DNA of 64,000 nucleotides, from assembly GCA_965261545.1 (NCBI GenBank), contig CBDHDF010000011.1:224001-288000 (forward strand), read 5' to 3'. Every line of letters starts with the position of its first letter. The first letter of the stretch is position 1. The notes under the pieces are model-generated. The model saw only the letters and a program-made list of their open reading frames with translations, was not told where the DNA came from and searched no databases. Shown in pieces: positions 60,493 to 64,000 of this stretch. The translations under genes and the position numbers were made by a program. Origin of the DNA: Bdellovibrionales bacterium. GTDB lineage: Bacteria > Bdellovibrionota > Bdellovibrionia > Bdellovibrionales > UBA1609.

Positions 60493-62061
60493 TTGATGTT
60501 CTATAAAGACCTCCAATCTTTAACCAAGGAGGTCGAAATGAGAACAAAGATGGATCATGAGCGTTACACAAAAATAAAATCATTAATAAAGGCAAATATT
60601 CCCGACCGAGAAATCAGTCGCCGCATGAAATGCTGCACCAAGACTCTTAGAAAGATAAGACGTGGTCTTTTAACAGACCCCAAGGATTGGAAGACCCAAA
60701 GAGAAATTCCCCCTTGGTCTTACGGTATAGATTGGAAGATTATTGAGAAGGAGATTGAGGATAGGCATTGTTTAAGTGACGTTTGGGAGGAAAAATTTCT
60801 GAAGGTCATTAGCTACCCCCAGTTTACGAGGGAGTTTCATAAGCAATTTCCAAAAGCTGGCAAAAGGATTATTACCTTGCGTGATTTTCAGCCAGGCCAC
60901 CAAGTTGAGGTTGATTACGCAGGGTTTCAGCAAGAGTGGATCGATGAAGACCTTAATATTCATAAGGCCCATATATTTTGCTCAAATCTATGTTTCTCTC
61001 AGCGTATTTTTGCTTATGGCTCTTTGAGCGAATCCAGTGAAGATTTTCTTCATGCTCACGTTCTGATGTTTGAATATTACGGTGGGGTTCCGAGAGTGGT
61101 TGTTCCTGATAATTTAAAGACTGGAGTGAACACACCCCATTTGTATGATCCAGAGTTGAATAAATCCTACCAAGAGCTTTTGGAACACTATGACACGGTG
61201 GCTGTTCCCGCTCGAGTTCGTCGTCCCCAGGATAAAAGCCTTACTGAGAATGCCGTGAAGCTCGTTACAAGGGCCCTCAGGTTCATGTACAGACGAGAGA
61301 CCTTCACCAGTCTGGATCAAATTAATAAGGCTTTAAGGGAGGTGTGCGAGAAGATAAATGCTCGCCCTCACACAAGATTTAAGGTCTCCCGCAATGAAAA
61401 ATTTCAACGAGAGGTAAAAACTTTAAAACCCTTGCCTTCTTTTCCCTACCGGTGGGGACGTTGGGAGAAGAAAAAACTCCACCAAGACTGTCATGTGAGC
61501 GTTGAATCCAACTTCTACTCGGCTCCGTTTCAGCACCGAGGGGAGTATGTAGATGTAAAAATTGGAGTGGAGAGTGTGGAGATTTACTTTCAAAAACAGC
61601 TCCTCGCTCGCCACAAGAGGACCAAAGGTAAACTCGGAGAGTACATCACCAAAAACGAACACCTCCCGGAGCCCAGTCGCGCCTACAAGGAGGCCACTCC
61701 CCAGAACATTCTCATTCAAGCAAGTATGATTTGTAAAGAGCTTGAAAACTTCATTGAGGAGCTTTTTCAGGGTGGGACCATTGAAAATCTCAGAAGAGCT
61801 ATGGGCTTTGTAAGCTCCTGTCACAAAGAAATCCAGAAAGAGGGCAAGGAAAAGTCCCTTCCTCTCATTATCAAAGCCCTTGAGGACTGCAAGCAGTGGG
61901 AGAAAAGGAGGGTTAGATATTTTCAGCAACAACTCCATTTCTATAAAGGGCAAAAAATAAAAAAGGTGAACGAGAAAATAGATCGTAAACAAGGCAACCC
62001 TTATTTGCGACATAACGAAAATCCAAATAACCAAAGCCCCAAGGAGGTGCCAGATGGATGA
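60493..62061 (+). CDS. istA: IS21 transposase IstA
   Basis: PGHQVEVDYAG, VVPDNLKTGV, PQDKSLTEN, YSAP; start likely 60538. Confidence 0.95.
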   Translation: MMFYKDLQSLTKEVEMRTKMDHERYTKIKSLIKANIPDREISRRMKCCTKTLRKIRRGLLTDPKDWKTQREIPPWSYGIDWKIIEKEIEDRHCLSDVWEEKFLKVISYPQFTREFHKQFPKAGKRIITLRDFQPGHQVEVDYAGFQQEWIDEDLNIHKAHIFCSNLCFSQRIFAYGSLSESSEDFLHAHVLMFEYYGGVPRVVVPDNLKTGVNTPHLYDPELNKSYQELLEHYDTVAVPARVRRPQDKSLTENAVKLVTRALRFMYRRETFTSLDQINKALREVCEKINARPHTRFKVSRNEKFQREVKTLKPLPSFPYRWGRWEKKKLHQDCHVSVESNFYSAPFQHRGEYVDVKIGVESVEIYFQKQLLARHKRTKGKLGEYITKNEHLPEPSRAYKEATPQNILIQASMICKELENFIEELFQGGTIENLRRAMGFVSSCHKEIQKEGKEKSLPLIIKALEDCKQWEKRRVRYFQQQLHFYKGQKIKKVNEKIDRKQGNPYLRHNENPNNQSPKEVPDG

Positions 62062-62806
62062 AGTACAAATCAAAAACCACATGCATGAGTTGAAGCTCTA
62101 TGGAATGTTAGACAGCCTTGAAGTGGCGCTGGATAACACAAGCCACAAGACTCAAGCATTGGATCTATTGAACGAGCTGTTATTTGCAGAAGTGGAGGCT
62201 CGGAAAATCCAATTCAGCCAAAGACTTCTCAAGACCTCAAAGCTGCCTCACAAGGTCAGAGGTGAGGCATTTGACCACCATGCCAAAAGGTCTATTAGTA
62301 AAAGAGAGGTGGATAGGCTTCAAACTTTATCATGGGTTAAGGAGCAAAGGTCTATCATTGTCGAAGGGCCAACGGGGGTGGGTAAAACCTTCTTGGCCCA
62401 GAGCCTGGGACACCAGTGTTGTCAATCCAGAATCTCCACACTGTTTATAGACATCAACATATTTCTAGAAACCTTGGCCCTGGAAAGGCACTCAGGAAGG
62501 TATTTGAACTACTTGCGTCGTCTGGGCCGCCCCCAAGTGTTAATTTTTGATGACTTTGGATTAAGGAAGTTCTCCCAAAGTGAATCCACAGACTTCTGCG
62601 ATATTTTAAAGTTTCGTTCCGATAGGTCCACCATTATTACCACTCAACTGCCAATAACGCATTGGTCAGAAATTATTGATGATGAGGTGCTGGCAGATAC
62701 TATCATCGACCGTTTGAAGCATACCGCCATAAAAATTTTACTTAAAGGAGAGAGTTATCGAAAAATCCAGGGAACAAAACTTGACCAGGACTTTTCCCTA
62801 AAATAG
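62054..62806 (+). CDS. istB: IS21 helper ATPase IstB
   Basis: GPTGVGKT, LIFDDFG, TTQLP, IIDRL. Confidence 0.95.
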   Translation: MDEVQIKNHMHELKLYGMLDSLEVALDNTSHKTQALDLLNELLFAEVEARKIQFSQRLLKTSKLPHKVRGEAFDHHAKRSISKREVDRLQTLSWVKEQRSIIVEGPTGVGKTFLAQSLGHQCCQSRISTLFIDINIFLETLALERHSGRYLNYLRRLGRPQVLIFDDFGLRKFSQSESTDFCDILKFRSDRSTIITTQLPITHWSEIIDDEVLADTIIDRLKHTAIKILLKGESYRKIQGTKLDQDFSLK

Positions 62807-63030
62807 GAAGAAATAGGATTACAAATTAACTAAAATTTTCCCCAGAAATGGGAAGGAAAATCATCAATGACGCATTGAAATAGGGAAAGTGAGGGTAATG
62901 GGTGCAACCAGTGCGGGCAATACGCGCAATTGTACAACTAGACAATGAAGTCTCTTCTTCTGATATAGATACTAAGCTCACAGAGTCCCTCCCTCTTGCA
63001 ACTCAAAAGGTTAGCAATGAGGAGGATCTT

Positions 63031-64000
63031 ATGATTAGTCAATACACTTTCGGCCGCATTCGTGACCTGAGTCACAGTGGTAAAAATAAGACAGAAATAT
63101 CTCGTGAATTAGGGATCAATCGTAAGACGGTGCGCAAGTACTGTGAGTCAACACCCCACCGAAGTACAAGGCGAGGTCCAAAAGAACTCGCCCAGATCCC
63201 CTTAATGGATATATGGATCGGGTGAAGTACTTTTTGAAGTTGAACCCAAGTAACACCGCCCGTGAAATATATGAGCTATTAGTTGAGGAGGGTTATCGTG
63301 GGAGTGAGAGAACGGTTCAGAGAAGAGTTTGTGAGATTCTTGGTTCTCGCCCCAAGGAGCGTTTTTTCAGCCAAAGATATGATCCTGGAGAACAGGCTCA
63401 GTTTGATTTTAAGGAGAAGGTTGCTTTACCATTTGCCGATGGTGTTCAGATCGTTCATCTCCATTTTGGAACATTGCCTTGTAGTGGCACCTGTTGGGTT
63501 CGTGCCTACCCCTTTCTTGTCTATGAGTGTTTCATCGATGGGGTGCATGCTTTTTTTGAAAAGATAGGTGGGATGAGTGCGAACATCCGTATTGATAATT
63601 TATCTCCCTGTGTGAAGAAAGTTCTTAAAGGAAATCAGCGAATTTACACCCAATCTTTTGATCGAGCCATCCAATACTATGGATTTAAGGTTCTTCCCTG
63701 CCGCGCAGGGAAGGGCTCTGACAAGGGAGATGTGGAGCGTGATATTCGAACCTTCAGTTCTCGGATAAAAAATATTGTTAGAAACAAAGGAATTATTTTT
63801 AAAGACTGGGATCATTTGAATCAGTTTTTAGAGTCTTATATGGATCAGCATCAGAGTGACTCCACCAAATCTCGCTTTGAGGAGGAGGCCAAAGTTCTTA
63901 AGCCTTTGCCTCCACGAGATGAAGATATTCTCTGTAAGGTGAATATTTGTCAAAGTAATGGTTATGGGACTTTGAGAATAGGTAAAACCACATATTCCAT
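63031..64000 (+). pseudogene. istA: IstA copy with 1 bp deletion near 63149, runs off the window
   Basis: GAGTCCAAC in copy 1 versus GAGTCAAC here. Confidence 0.85.

Larger units (their letters stand above)
60315..62936 (+). mobile_element. IS21-family element C
   Basis: Ends TGTAAAATTGC / GCAATTGTACA; tandem 23 bp left-end repeats; 6 bp TSD ACTAGA. Confidence 0.95.
59836..64000 (+). mobile_element. IS21 element A, copy 2 (partial, carries nested IS21 element C)
   Basis: Near-identical to 7704 onward, interrupted at 60314/62937. Confidence 0.93.

Noticed and set aside
61423..62082. 219-aa minus-strand ORF
   Set aside because: Antisense shadow of istA.

Overview
An accessory, IS-saturated 64 kb region with no core housekeeping genes, rRNA, complete tRNA or CRISPR array. 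The pilin and ICE gene styles suggest a Bdellovibrionota/delta-proteobacterial host (inference). Left to right: (1) a five-gene operon (sigma54 response regulator, small exported protein, orphan family-5 solute-binding protein, short YcaO-like enzyme, histidine kinase with a His-rich insert), preceded by a divergent sigma54 promoter and two palindromic enhancer-like sites; (2) nested IS4, IS21, IS91-like, IS256 and ISNCY-like elements, one of which splits a type IV pilin gene; (3) a DUF285/BspA-like lipoprotein, an rve transposase and a DUF6036-like nucleotidyltransferase gene pair beside a dif-like half site; (4) a ~16 kb minus-strand integrative conjugative element (tyrosine integrase, Xis, MOB_C/Replic_Relax-like relaxase, FtsK-type coupling protein, VirB10/9/8/6/5/4/3/2-like genes with a split VirB4, sigma-region-4 regulator) ending at a tRNA-3'-like att core; (5) a group II intron 5' fragment and an IS4-mediated deletion-inversion scar; (6) a candidate defence operon (stand-alone WYL, RloC-like ABC ATPase, SbcD, SbcC, DUF2779-type dual nuclease); (7) a triple-nested IS256/IS21/IS21 running off the right edge. 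All family assignments come from motif reading by eye, not database searches.
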